Assembly: GCA_036350795.1 (NCBI GenBank)
Contig: JAZBNV010000100.1
Span: 4,447 to 68,446 of the forward strand
Origin: Marinilabiliaceae bacterium
GTDB lineage: Bacteria > Bacteroidota > Bacteroidia > Bacteroidales > VadinHA17
Reading direction: 5' to 3'
Length of the DNA stretch: 64,000 bases
Positions 38,863 to 47,401 of this stretch are shown here, piece by piece. Positions within the stretch are counted from its first letter, which is position 1. The number at the start of each line of letters is the position of its first letter. A program made the position numbers and the translations under genes. Below the pieces are notes generated by a model that saw nothing but the letters and a program-made list of their open reading frames with translations, was not told where the DNA came from and made no database searches.

Positions 38863-39435
38863 ATGGCTATCAACGATTATCTTCATTCAGACGATAATGC
38901 CCTGATCAACCTTTCGGTCGATGGTGATTCCAGGGCTTTTGGAGAGCTTGTAAGAAGATATGAGGAAATGGTTGCCAGAACTGTAAAGAATATGCTTGGA
39001 GATACCCAGGTTGCACAGGATGTAGGTCAGGATACCTTTATAAGGCTGTACAGGTCTATTAAAGAGTTCAGGGGCGAATCAAAGTTGAGTACTTATATCC
39101 AGAGAATTGCTATAAACCTGTCGCTTAACGAACTTAAGAGGAATAAACGTTTTGTGACAATGTTTTTCAGATCCGAAAGGGATGATGATTCAGAGTTGGT
39201 GCTTCCTGATACTGCTTACTCCGCTGAAGAAAGCGATGACCTGCGCGAAATATTATCAGGGGCAATAGCTAAACTTCAGGCAGATTACAGGAGTGTTGTA
39301 GTATTAAGGCTGGTACACGGTTATAGTTCAAAGGAGACAGCTGAAATACTTGATTTGCCTGTTGGTACAGTACTTTCAAGACTGTCAAGGGCAAGAGAGC
39401 AGCTCCAGTTAGAATTAAAAAAGTTAAGTTTCTGA
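38863..39435 (+). CDS. ECF-type RNA polymerase sigma-70 factor
   Basis: Region 2 (DVGQDTFIRLYRSI) and region 4 HTH (SSKETAEILDLPVGTVLSRLSRAREQL). Confidence 0.9.
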   Translation: MAINDYLHSDDNALINLSVDGDSRAFGELVRRYEEMVARTVKNMLGDTQVAQDVGQDTFIRLYRSIKEFRGESKLSTYIQRIAINLSLNELKRNKRFVTMFFRSERDDDSELVLPDTAYSAEESDDLREILSGAIAKLQADYRSVVVLRLVHGYSSKETAEILDLPVGTVLSRLSRAREQLQLELKKLSF

Positions 39436-39436
39436 T

Positions 39437-39787
39437 ATGAATAAGAACGATTTAACACAACTTGCACTTAAGTCACTTACGGAGGAAATCTCGGAAAGTG
39501 ACAGAAAAGTGATTGAAGCTGAGCTTCTGAAGGATCAAAGTTTTGGTCCCGGGTTCAGAGACAGGGTTCTTGAATCAATTTATTCAGGATCGCTAAGGCC
39601 ATTTTTTGATCCGGGCAACCTGAGTATCTTTAACCGTGTTTTCAACAGGCTTGCACTTACCGGGATGATAGCAATAATTTTACTGATCGTTACACTTTTT
39701 ATCTCCCAGGGCTCTCTGTCATTTGATACCCTTATCGGGATAGACAGCGAGATGGATGAGGGTATGCTCAGCTTACTAATTGAATAA
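39437..39787 (+). CDS. Putative single-pass anti-sigma factor
   Basis: Starts 2 nt after the sigma gene. About 80 aa are cytoplasmic, followed by one TM segment (LALTGMIAIILLIVTLFI). No recognisable domain. Confidence 0.4.
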   Translation: MNKNDLTQLALKSLTEEISESDRKVIEAELLKDQSFGPGFRDRVLESIYSGSLRPFFDPGNLSIFNRVFNRLALTGMIAIILLIVTLFISQGSLSFDTLIGIDSEMDEGMLSLLIE

Positions 39788-39795
39788 TCTTTGTT

Positions 39796-40281
39796 ATGAA
39801 AGCAAGACCTGTTTTTTTATTGATTGTCACCCTGATTATAGGGTTCCTTCTGGGTATGCTTACCTCTGCCCAGCTAAGGCACAGAAAGATGCGAAGCGTA
39901 AGGATGTTCAGTTCAGAAAGATATTTTAAAGAGTTTTTCTACAAGACTATAGAACCTACTGAGGACCAGGTAAACAAACTTGACCCGATAATAAAGAAAT
40001 ATTCGAGGGAAGGGCGTTTACTGCAAAAAGACTTCCGGAAAGAGTTTGATGAACATAATAACGCATACTGGAACGAAATAAGGTCAATTCTTACTCCTGC
40101 TCAGATTGAAATTCTTGACAAACAGGAAGAAAAAAGACGAAAGGAGTTCCGAAGCTTCAGACCTGACTCCAGTGGAAGGGGTGAAAGAGGAAGGCATTTC
40201 AGGCCTGATTCCTTATTTGAGGGGATGGACTCCGGCAGATTTGACCCTAATCATCCACCTCGAAGAGAATATGATCGATAA
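39796..40281 (+). CDS. Spy/CpxP-like (LTXXQ motif) periplasmic protein
   Basis: N-terminal TM/signal segment, LTPAQ motif (ILTPAQIEIL), and a helical, Arg-rich C-terminus. Confidence 0.5.
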   Translation: MKARPVFLLIVTLIIGFLLGMLTSAQLRHRKMRSVRMFSSERYFKEFFYKTIEPTEDQVNKLDPIIKKYSREGRLLQKDFRKEFDEHNNAYWNEIRSILTPAQIEILDKQEEKRRKEFRSFRPDSSGRGERGRHFRPDSLFEGMDSGRFDPNHPPRREYDR

Positions 40282-42481
40282 TTATCGGCAGGTCATCCGG
40301 ATCTACATCGTACTTCTCTATAACTTCCCTGTCGTCTTCAAAGATATTTATAAAGTCGTTTCTGCTAATGCCACCTTCAGATAGGGATTTCCTGTAGTTT
40401 TCGAGTGCTTCCTGTCGTTCGCCCAGGCAGAGGTGCATATGACCGATATTAATGTAGTCATGACCACTGAGTTTGCTTCCTGCAAGCTTATTATAATACT
40501 TCCTGGATCTTTCCAGCTCACCTTTTACCAGGTAACACCATGCAATGGGCCTTAGTACCCTTATATTATCCGGGTCGTGATACTCTACCTTAAAATAATA
40601 TTTTAGTGCTGAATCATAATCACCCAGGTCCAGGTAGCACTGGCCTATCATTGCAATAGTATGCATATTATCAGGCTCGTCTTTCTCTGCCTCCTTATAG
40701 TATTTTAGTGCTTCCTCGAAATTCCCCAGTCTTCGCTGGCAGAATGCAATCTTTTTTGTTGTCCAGGTTTTCTTTTCGATCAGGTCGCTCTTAAGGTACA
40801 TATCCAGAGCTTTCGAGTATGCACCTTCCTGCTGGTAGCAATATCCTGCTTTCTCAAACAGTTGAATATCTCCCTCAGCACTGTCTATTACTATCCTGTA
40901 TATTTCAAGGGCATCAGTGTAAAAATCTTTTCCGAAAAAGTAATCGGCAATCATGCTCAGATCTTCTCCCTCACCAAAAATCAGCTTGTAAAAAAGGGAG
41001 TTGTAAATGTCCAGCTTACCCTTGAATATATCTTCAAACTCATTTTTATATGGCGATAGTTTAAAGAACCTGTATAGATCCTGGAGGTACTGGGTGGTGC
41101 TCGTCCGGAACTTAACATTCTTATCAGGATCAAATTCACCCTCACCTGCCTGCTCCAGTCCCTCGAGCTCCATCCTGAATACTTTCAGCATCATGCTTTT
41201 CTGGCTCGCAGGAAGATGCCTGAGATTAAGTACCAGGGAGTACTTGTCAGAATTGCAAATAAAAGGGGTCTTGTAAAGGGCTTCGGCGAGTTCGTTGGTG
41301 CCCTCGCTCAATACTTCATCCTGGAAAACCTCGTTCAGCGAGTCATGATCAGGATAAAAGGGCAGGAACCAGTTGGAAAACTGCCTGAAGAAATCAAAGT
41401 TTTTCAGGTTTGCAAATGCCGACATGTAAACATCAGCTCCTTCCATCTGAAGTTTTGAGAATTCTTCCATGGATTTAAACACTTCCTCAGATTCCTTGAA
41501 CATATCCTTCCAGTCGGGATTTTTTCCTTCTATAAGGTCTTCAGGCAGAAGGTTCTCAAGGTCAAGCTTCTCCTCCAGTTTTGGCCTTAAATCAGCAACT
41601 TTCGGAAGAATCTCATCATGCAGTCTTTTACTTATCTGCTCAGTCTCGCGCGACCTTATAAATTGCATTGTAACTATACGAATATGCTCCCTGAACATAT
41701 TATCATCAGAGAGATTCTGAAGCTGTGCTACCAGTTCCGGGTAGATTCCTACCCTGCCATCATGGTACTGAAGACTAAGTACAAGTCCGGCAAGTGCTCT
41801 CTCGCTTACTTTTTCAGTTCCATCCCTGTAGATATTAATAAGATGGACTATCTTTTTCGATTCCCATAGTCTTAATGCGCTTAGAGTCAGAGCACTTACA
41901 AATATACTTTGTTCATACCAGGTGAAATTTTCACCGTCGCGAATAATACTGAGCAGTTCATCTTCTGCTTCGCCATACCTGTCGGTAAGCCAGAGGTGAC
42001 TGAATATATTTTCAATAAGCTTATCATGCTTTATCTTCAGCTCCGAACCTGAATCTGAGAGTCTTGTGCCGGTTTCTCTCAGCCAGTCGTCCAGCTCTGT
42101 CTTAAAGCTCAGGTCATCGATCTTCTGAATAATCTTTTTACCGGCCAGCTCCTTTTCCCTTTCCACGTTGGCTTTTAGCCAGTAAGTCTGCCACCCCGAA
42201 AACCTTGAAAGGAGATCCTGCTTAACACTGTCGTTTATGTTTAACAGGGATTGCTGCAAATGATAATATACTTTCTTGCGCTCAGGGTCATAAACCCCTT
42301 CAGCTGTATACCTTATCATATTACGGTATGTGGAGCTTAATCCCGAGAGTTTTTCTGAATGATCGGGATTGCTGCTTAATGCTGCAAACTCTGTTAACTT
42401 ATCGATTCCCTGTTTCACCCTTTTGCCCAGTACAAGGGCAGAAATCATTTTATGTTTATTCAGTACTTTTATCGGTTCCAT
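40247..42481 (-). CDS. Large cytoplasmic protein: about 520-aa uncharacterised helical N-terminal region plus C-terminal TPR repeats
   Basis: TPR-like 34-aa units cover roughly residues 530-740 (e.g. AYSKALDMYLKS, FEEALKYYKEAEKDEPDN, YDSALKYYFKVEYHDPDN). Start taken at MEPIKV (42481). Confidence 0.7.
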   Translation of the reverse strand: MEPIKVLNKHKMISALVLGKRVKQGIDKLTEFAALSSNPDHSEKLSGLSSTYRNMIRYTAEGVYDPERKKVYYHLQQSLLNINDSVKQDLLSRFSGWQTYWLKANVEREKELAGKKIIQKIDDLSFKTELDDWLRETGTRLSDSGSELKIKHDKLIENIFSHLWLTDRYGEAEDELLSIIRDGENFTWYEQSIFVSALTLSALRLWESKKIVHLINIYRDGTEKVSERALAGLVLSLQYHDGRVGIYPELVAQLQNLSDDNMFREHIRIVTMQFIRSRETEQISKRLHDEILPKVADLRPKLEEKLDLENLLPEDLIEGKNPDWKDMFKESEEVFKSMEEFSKLQMEGADVYMSAFANLKNFDFFRQFSNWFLPFYPDHDSLNEVFQDEVLSEGTNELAEALYKTPFICNSDKYSLVLNLRHLPASQKSMMLKVFRMELEGLEQAGEGEFDPDKNVKFRTSTTQYLQDLYRFFKLSPYKNEFEDIFKGKLDIYNSLFYKLIFGEGEDLSMIADYFFGKDFYTDALEIYRIVIDSAEGDIQLFEKAGYCYQQEGAYSKALDMYLKSDLIEKKTWTTKKIAFCQRRLGNFEEALKYYKEAEKDEPDNMHTIAMIGQCYLDLGDYDSALKYYFKVEYHDPDNIRVLRPIAWCYLVKGELERSRKYYNKLAGSKLSGHDYINIGHMHLCLGERQEALENYRKSLSEGGISRNDFINIFEDDREVIEKYDVDPDDLPIIIDHILFEVDD

Positions 42482-42569
42482 AATAAAATTGTCCTCCGGC
42501 TGAAAATGCCTCAATAATCCTGCCGTCCTTAAAAATCGGTAAAATAGAGTACATTCTGGCAGATTTAGG

Positions 42570-42577
42570 TAGTTTTG
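42570..42577 (+). promoter_or_regulatory. Candidate -7 box (TAGTTTTG) for ygiQ
   Basis: Exact TAnnTTTG, 21 nt upstream of the TTG start at 42599. The -33 element is not convincing. Confidence 0.35.
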
Positions 42578-42598
42578 CACAATAAATAATCAATATTA

Positions 42599-44437
42599 TT
42601 GGCTGAAATACGAAATAATGGCATACCCGAACTCTTCCTTCCCGGAAGCCTTAATGAGCTTAAGGCCAGGGGATGGGATGAATTAGACGTTATCATCTTC
42701 TCTGGCGATGCCTACGTCGATCATCCTTCATTTGGTCCGCCTGTTATTGGCAGGATACTTGAGAATGAGGGATTGAGGGTAGCCCTGGTTCCGCAGCCAA
42801 ACTGGCGCGACGACCTCAGGGACTTTAAAAAACTGGGAAGGCCCCGGCTGTTTTTTGGTGTAAGTGCCGGTAATATGGATTCAATGGTGAATCACTATAC
42901 GGCAAACAGGAGATTAAGGTCAGATGATGCTTATACTCCCGGAGGCAGGGCGGGCTACCGGCCTGATTATCCATCAGAAGTTTATACTAAAATTCTTAAG
43001 AAACTCTACCCCGATGTGCCGGTTGTCCTGGGTGGGGTGGAAGCCTCGATGAGGAGAATAGCCCATTATGACTACTGGAAAAACAGTGTTGAACCTTCAA
43101 TCCTGGTTTCTTCAGGGGCAGATATGATTATTTATGGAATGGGAGAGAAACCGGTGCTTGAACTGGCAAGACTGTTAAAGAAAGGTGTACCTTTTGCTTC
43201 ACTTACCAATATTCCTCAGACTGCTGTTGCAATAAATAAAGGAGAAAAATACAGAAGTCAGAAGCACTGGGATGAGATTACACTGCCTTCATACAGCGAA
43301 GTAAAGTCTGACAGGGAAAAATTTGCCGGTGCCTTTGTAATCTTTGAAAAGGAATCGAACAGGCTTGAAGCAGCCAGGCTGATTCAGGATAACGGAAACA
43401 GGGTAGTTATTGTAAATCCACCGGGTAAATTAAGTTCTACAGCAGAAGCAGATAAAATATATGACCTTCCCTTTACCAGGCTTCCTCATCCCCGCTATAA
43501 AAACAAACCACCGATTCCTGCTTTTGAAATGATTAAACATTCGGTTAATATCCACCGTGGATGTTTTGGGGGATGTAGTTTTTGTGCTATTTCGGCCCAC
43601 CAGGGTAAGCATGTTGTAAGCCGGAGTAAAGAGTCAGTATTGCGCGAGGTGGAAGCTATCAGGGATATGCCTGATTTTAAAGGTGTGATTTCAGATATTG
43701 GTGGTCCGTCGGCAAATATGTACATGATGAAGGGTAAGGACCTGGAAATGTGTCGCAGGTGTGCCCGTCCCTCATGCATATGGCCAGGCATATGCAGGAA
43801 CCTCGATACCGATCATAGCAGGCTTGTTGACCTTTACAGCGCTATTCGATCTACCCCCGGCTTAAAACGTTTCTTTGTCAGTAGTGGCATCAGGTATGAT
43901 CTGCTGTCAAAGAAGTATAACAAAAAAGCCGGCAAGGCTGAGGAAAAGTACCTTGAAGATATAATCAGATATCATGTATCCGGCCGTTTCAAGGTTGCTC
44001 CCGAGCATAGCTCAGGCAGAGTGCTCAGTGTAATGCGCAAGACAGGTTTTGATCTCTTTGTGGAATTGCTTGTTAAATTCAGGACTATCAGCGCTAAATA
44101 TAAACTGAACCAGGAAGTAATACCCTACTTTATATCCAGCCATCCTGGTTGTACCCTTTCGGATATGGGAGAGCTTGCCCTGGAAACCAGCAAACTTGGA
44201 ATGAGACTTGACCAGGTTCAGGATTTTACTCCCACACCTCTTACCATGGCCACTACAATCTTCTATACGGGCTTTGATCCCTACACAGGTCAGAAGATGT
44301 TTGTTGCCAGGTCCGATCAGGAAAAACGCAGCCAGAAACGCATCTTCTTCTGGTATAAGAAAGAAAACGAGAAATTTATTAAGGACGATCTGAAAAAGTC
44401 AGGCCGAAGCGATATTATAGGAAAATTGTTTCATTAA
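42599..44437 (+). CDS. ygiQ: YgiQ-family radical SAM protein (UPF0313)
   Basis: SGDAYVDHPSFGPPVIGR N-terminal domain and the radical-SAM cluster motif CFGGCSFCAI. The apparent start is TTG; no in-frame ATG is nearby. Confidence 0.88.
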   Translation: MAEIRNNGIPELFLPGSLNELKARGWDELDVIIFSGDAYVDHPSFGPPVIGRILENEGLRVALVPQPNWRDDLRDFKKLGRPRLFFGVSAGNMDSMVNHYTANRRLRSDDAYTPGGRAGYRPDYPSEVYTKILKKLYPDVPVVLGGVEASMRRIAHYDYWKNSVEPSILVSSGADMIIYGMGEKPVLELARLLKKGVPFASLTNIPQTAVAINKGEKYRSQKHWDEITLPSYSEVKSDREKFAGAFVIFEKESNRLEAARLIQDNGNRVVIVNPPGKLSSTAEADKIYDLPFTRLPHPRYKNKPPIPAFEMIKHSVNIHRGCFGGCSFCAISAHQGKHVVSRSKESVLREVEAIRDMPDFKGVISDIGGPSANMYMMKGKDLEMCRRCARPSCIWPGICRNLDTDHSRLVDLYSAIRSTPGLKRFFVSSGIRYDLLSKKYNKKAGKAEEKYLEDIIRYHVSGRFKVAPEHSSGRVLSVMRKTGFDLFVELLVKFRTISAKYKLNQEVIPYFISSHPGCTLSDMGELALETSKLGMRLDQVQDFTPTPLTMATTIFYTGFDPYTGQKMFVARSDQEKRSQKRIFFWYKKENEKFIKDDLKKSGRSDIIGKLFH

Positions 44438-44522
44438 TCCATCCCTTGCTTTGCATCGTCAAATTTAATTGACACAGGTACCTATATTTAGTATCTTTTC
44501 ATCATAACCAATTCTCTTCGTT

Positions 44523-47339
44523 ATGAAAACCCGGATACTATTATTTTTAACCGCATTATTAATATTATGTAGTGTGGAATCAAATGCTCAGGTTCCTCAG
44601 GGATATAATTACCAGGCTGTGCTCAGGGATATTTCCGGTAATTTGATTACGGATGAATCCATTACTGCTAAATTTATGATAATGGCAGGCAATCCTTCGG
44701 GAGATCTTGTATGGGAAGAAGATCATACAACTGCTACGAATGGTTTTGGTATGTTTAATGTAATCCTGGGCAGGGGTACCAGGATAGACGGATCTGCACT
44801 GGTATTTTCAGAAATAGACTGGACAGTCTCGAATTATTATCTGAAGGTCAATATATTTTATTCTGGTGCATGGCATAACTTTGAATCAAATGAACTAGTC
44901 TCAGTGCCATATGCTGTGGCGGCTCAACAATCCCTTGACAATCCTTTCGTGATTCAGGATAACAGTATCTCACTGCTTGATAAAAACCTTAATATCGGGT
45001 CGGTTGAGGAAGGTACATCAAGGGTGTCAATAATTAGTACAGATGATAATTCTGAGGATGCTCTCTTTGAAGTACGAAGGCAGGACGGACAGCCTGTTTT
45101 TTCTGTTTACAGTGATGGTGTTCATGTTAATATACCAAATGACAGTCAGCTAAAAGGTGCCAGAGGCGGATTCTCTGTTGGCGGCTTCGACCGGAGCAAG
45201 GGTATACCCGACCAGTTTATGGTAATAACACCCGACAGTACCAGGTTTTACTTTGATGATAACAGTAATAAGGGAGCAAGAGGTGGTTTCGCAGTAGGTG
45301 GTTTCGATCGTTCCAAGTCATACAGGCAGGATTATCTTAATATTACTTCTGATTCCACCAGGGTATATGTGGAGAATCCGGCAAAGGGTAGCAGGGGTGG
45401 ATTTTCTGTTGGAGGTTTTGACAGAAGTAAAGGTGCAGGTGTGAATTTTTTTGATATTACACCTGATAACTATTTTATCGGGCATAGAAGCGGACAGTCT
45501 AACACAGACGGTATGTATAATTCTTTTGTAGGTTATGAAACAGGTCCTGATAACACCACAGGAGGTTCTAATGCCCTCTTTGGATTCCAGGCCGGATATA
45601 ATAATAAATCAGGATCAGGGAACCTTTTCCTGGGATACCAGAGTGGTTATTCCAATACGGATGGATTATATAATACTTTTATGGGTTATACTGCCGGCTT
45701 TAATAACTCTACCGGCGGATCAAATACTTTTCTTGGCAGCTTCTCCGGGCGAAATAATACAATCGGGGATTATAACACTTTTGCAGGATTTCATTCAGGT
45801 TACTCGAATGTAGATGGCAACTTCAATAATTTCTACGGTACGGGCACAGGCTTCTATAATGAAAATGGTTCCAATAATGTCTTTATCGGACCTGAAAGTG
45901 GTTACAATAATATTGCTGGAAGCTATAACACCTTTATTGGTTACAGGGCAGGCTACACAAACAATGCAAATAATAATGTTTTTATTGGCAATGAGTGCGG
46001 CCTTAACAATACCACCGGAAGCCTTAACGTATTTATAGGCTACGCAGCAGGTTATCTTAATACAACTGGATCAGGGAACGTTTTTATGGGTAATGGAGCT
46101 GGAATTAACAATATTGACGGAAACAGTAATATCTTCTTAGGCGAAAGATCTGGTTTTACAAATGATTCCGGTGAAAAGAATGTCTATATTGGTTACCAGA
46201 CCGGTTACAAGGCAACCAGCGCATACAGTAACGTCTGTATTGGTCACCTCTCGGGTTATGAACTTACCTCAGCATATCAGAATGTATTTATAGGTGAGTC
46301 GGCAGGTAACAAGACTACCTGGGGCGAAGGAAATGTATTTATAGGTAATGCTGCTGGTTATTCAAATGTTACTGGTGGTTCTAATGTATGTATCGGAACA
46401 GGTGCCGGTCAGAATGCAACCGCAAGTAACAATACCTTTGTTGGCTGGGGTACAGGCTTTGATAACACCAATGGAACATTGAATTCTTTTTTTGGTCTGC
46501 AGGCAGGCTTCAATAACACAAGCGGAAGTTATAATGTTTCCATCGGAGCCTATGCCGGCTATGGTAACGAAAGCGGAAGCGGCAATGTTTTTATTGGTCG
46601 TTACGCAGGATACTCCGAGAGCGGGTCTAATAAACTTTATATTGACAACAGCACTACATCAACTCCTCTTATCTATGGAGATTTCTCTGCAAATAAAGTC
46701 AGGATAAATGGTGATCTGGGAGTGGGTGTACTTCCCTCAGGCTATAAGATGGAAGTGGCTGGTAAACTAAACCTGAACAGCGGTGGTCTCTCAGGTGTGG
46801 CGCTTTCGGTAGATGATGCAGAAGCCCTCTGGTATAACGGATCGTATTTCAGCTGGGGATTTGGAGGAAGCTATAATTATTTTGCCGATAAGGTTACGAT
46901 TGGGAACAGCGGGAGTTATGGATATGCCCTGTATGTGCAGGGTTCGTCTTATGCAACAGGTGCATGGTACTCATCAGATAAGAAATTTAAGAAAAGTATT
47001 GAACCGCTGGATAATGCCGTCGAAAGATTATTGAAAGTTGAAGGAGTATCCTACCTCTGGAAAACAGACGAGTACTCAGACAGAAACTTCCCGGAAGGCA
47101 GGCATTTCGGAGTTATTGCTCAGCAGGTTGAACCCTATTTTCCTGAAATTGTAATGGACGCCGGAAATGGAGAAAAGTCAGTGGCCTATAACGAACTTAT
47201 ACCTGTTCTGATCGAAGCAATAAAAGAGCAGCAACAAACAATAAAAAAGCAAGAGTTGGAAAACGAAGAGATAAAGCAAATATTAATGGAACTCCGCGAA
47301 GAAATCAGAACCATAAAATCTACAGGGAGTATTAAATAA
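44523..47339 (+). CDS. Secreted repeat-rich fibre protein with a C-terminal phage tail-fibre/endosialidase-type intramolecular chaperone (peptidase S74-like) domain
   Basis: Sec signal peptide, 3 x RGGF[SA]VGGFDRSK modules and 23 x 17-aa Gly/Asn repeats. The C-terminal ~120 aa (SSDKKFKKSIEPL...GVSYLWK...HFGVIAQQVEPYFPEIV...VAYNELIPVLIEAIKEQQ) match the S74 chaperone pattern. Confidence 0.75.
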   Translation: MKTRILLFLTALLILCSVESNAQVPQGYNYQAVLRDISGNLITDESITAKFMIMAGNPSGDLVWEEDHTTATNGFGMFNVILGRGTRIDGSALVFSEIDWTVSNYYLKVNIFYSGAWHNFESNELVSVPYAVAAQQSLDNPFVIQDNSISLLDKNLNIGSVEEGTSRVSIISTDDNSEDALFEVRRQDGQPVFSVYSDGVHVNIPNDSQLKGARGGFSVGGFDRSKGIPDQFMVITPDSTRFYFDDNSNKGARGGFAVGGFDRSKSYRQDYLNITSDSTRVYVENPAKGSRGGFSVGGFDRSKGAGVNFFDITPDNYFIGHRSGQSNTDGMYNSFVGYETGPDNTTGGSNALFGFQAGYNNKSGSGNLFLGYQSGYSNTDGLYNTFMGYTAGFNNSTGGSNTFLGSFSGRNNTIGDYNTFAGFHSGYSNVDGNFNNFYGTGTGFYNENGSNNVFIGPESGYNNIAGSYNTFIGYRAGYTNNANNNVFIGNECGLNNTTGSLNVFIGYAAGYLNTTGSGNVFMGNGAGINNIDGNSNIFLGERSGFTNDSGEKNVYIGYQTGYKATSAYSNVCIGHLSGYELTSAYQNVFIGESAGNKTTWGEGNVFIGNAAGYSNVTGGSNVCIGTGAGQNATASNNTFVGWGTGFDNTNGTLNSFFGLQAGFNNTSGSYNVSIGAYAGYGNESGSGNVFIGRYAGYSESGSNKLYIDNSTTSTPLIYGDFSANKVRINGDLGVGVLPSGYKMEVAGKLNLNSGGLSGVALSVDDAEALWYNGSYFSWGFGGSYNYFADKVTIGNSGSYGYALYVQGSSYATGAWYSSDKKFKKSIEPLDNAVERLLKVEGVSYLWKTDEYSDRNFPEGRHFGVIAQQVEPYFPEIVMDAGNGEKSVAYNELIPVLIEAIKEQQQTIKKQELENEEIKQILMELREEIRTIKSTGSIK
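45156..45434 (+). repeat. Intragenic 3 x ~38-39-codon repeat, each carrying G[AS]RGGF[SA]VGGFDRSK
   Basis: Read from the translation. Units start at 45156, 45273 and 45387. Confidence 0.85.
45474..46646 (+). repeat. Intragenic array of 23 tandem ~17-codon repeats (consensus x-x-[AS]-G-[YF]-x-N-T-x-G-x-x-N-x-F-[ILV]-G)
   Basis: Counted by hand: 391 residues, equal to 23 units of 16-20 aa. Confidence 0.85.
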
Positions 47340-47401
47340 TAATTGCAGTAAACGGATATTGTTTTGGTGTCGTGAATTAAGCTCTTGCAGGAAGACTGCT
47401 C

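Noticed and set aside
45535-46038. Alternative-frame ORFs (45535..45813, 45814..46038, and also 46492..46707 and 46813..47034) inside the fibre gene
   Set aside because: These are by-products of the 17-codon periodic repeat, which keeps other frames open. The main frame has a signal peptide and a recognisable C-terminal domain.
44523-47339. The tail-fibre-like gene as evidence of a prophage or tailocin
   Set aside because: No capsid, terminase, portal, baseplate, sheath, integrase or lysis genes occur anywhere in the 64 kb. The neighbours are housekeeping and peptidase genes, and I saw no flanking att-like repeats or tRNA.
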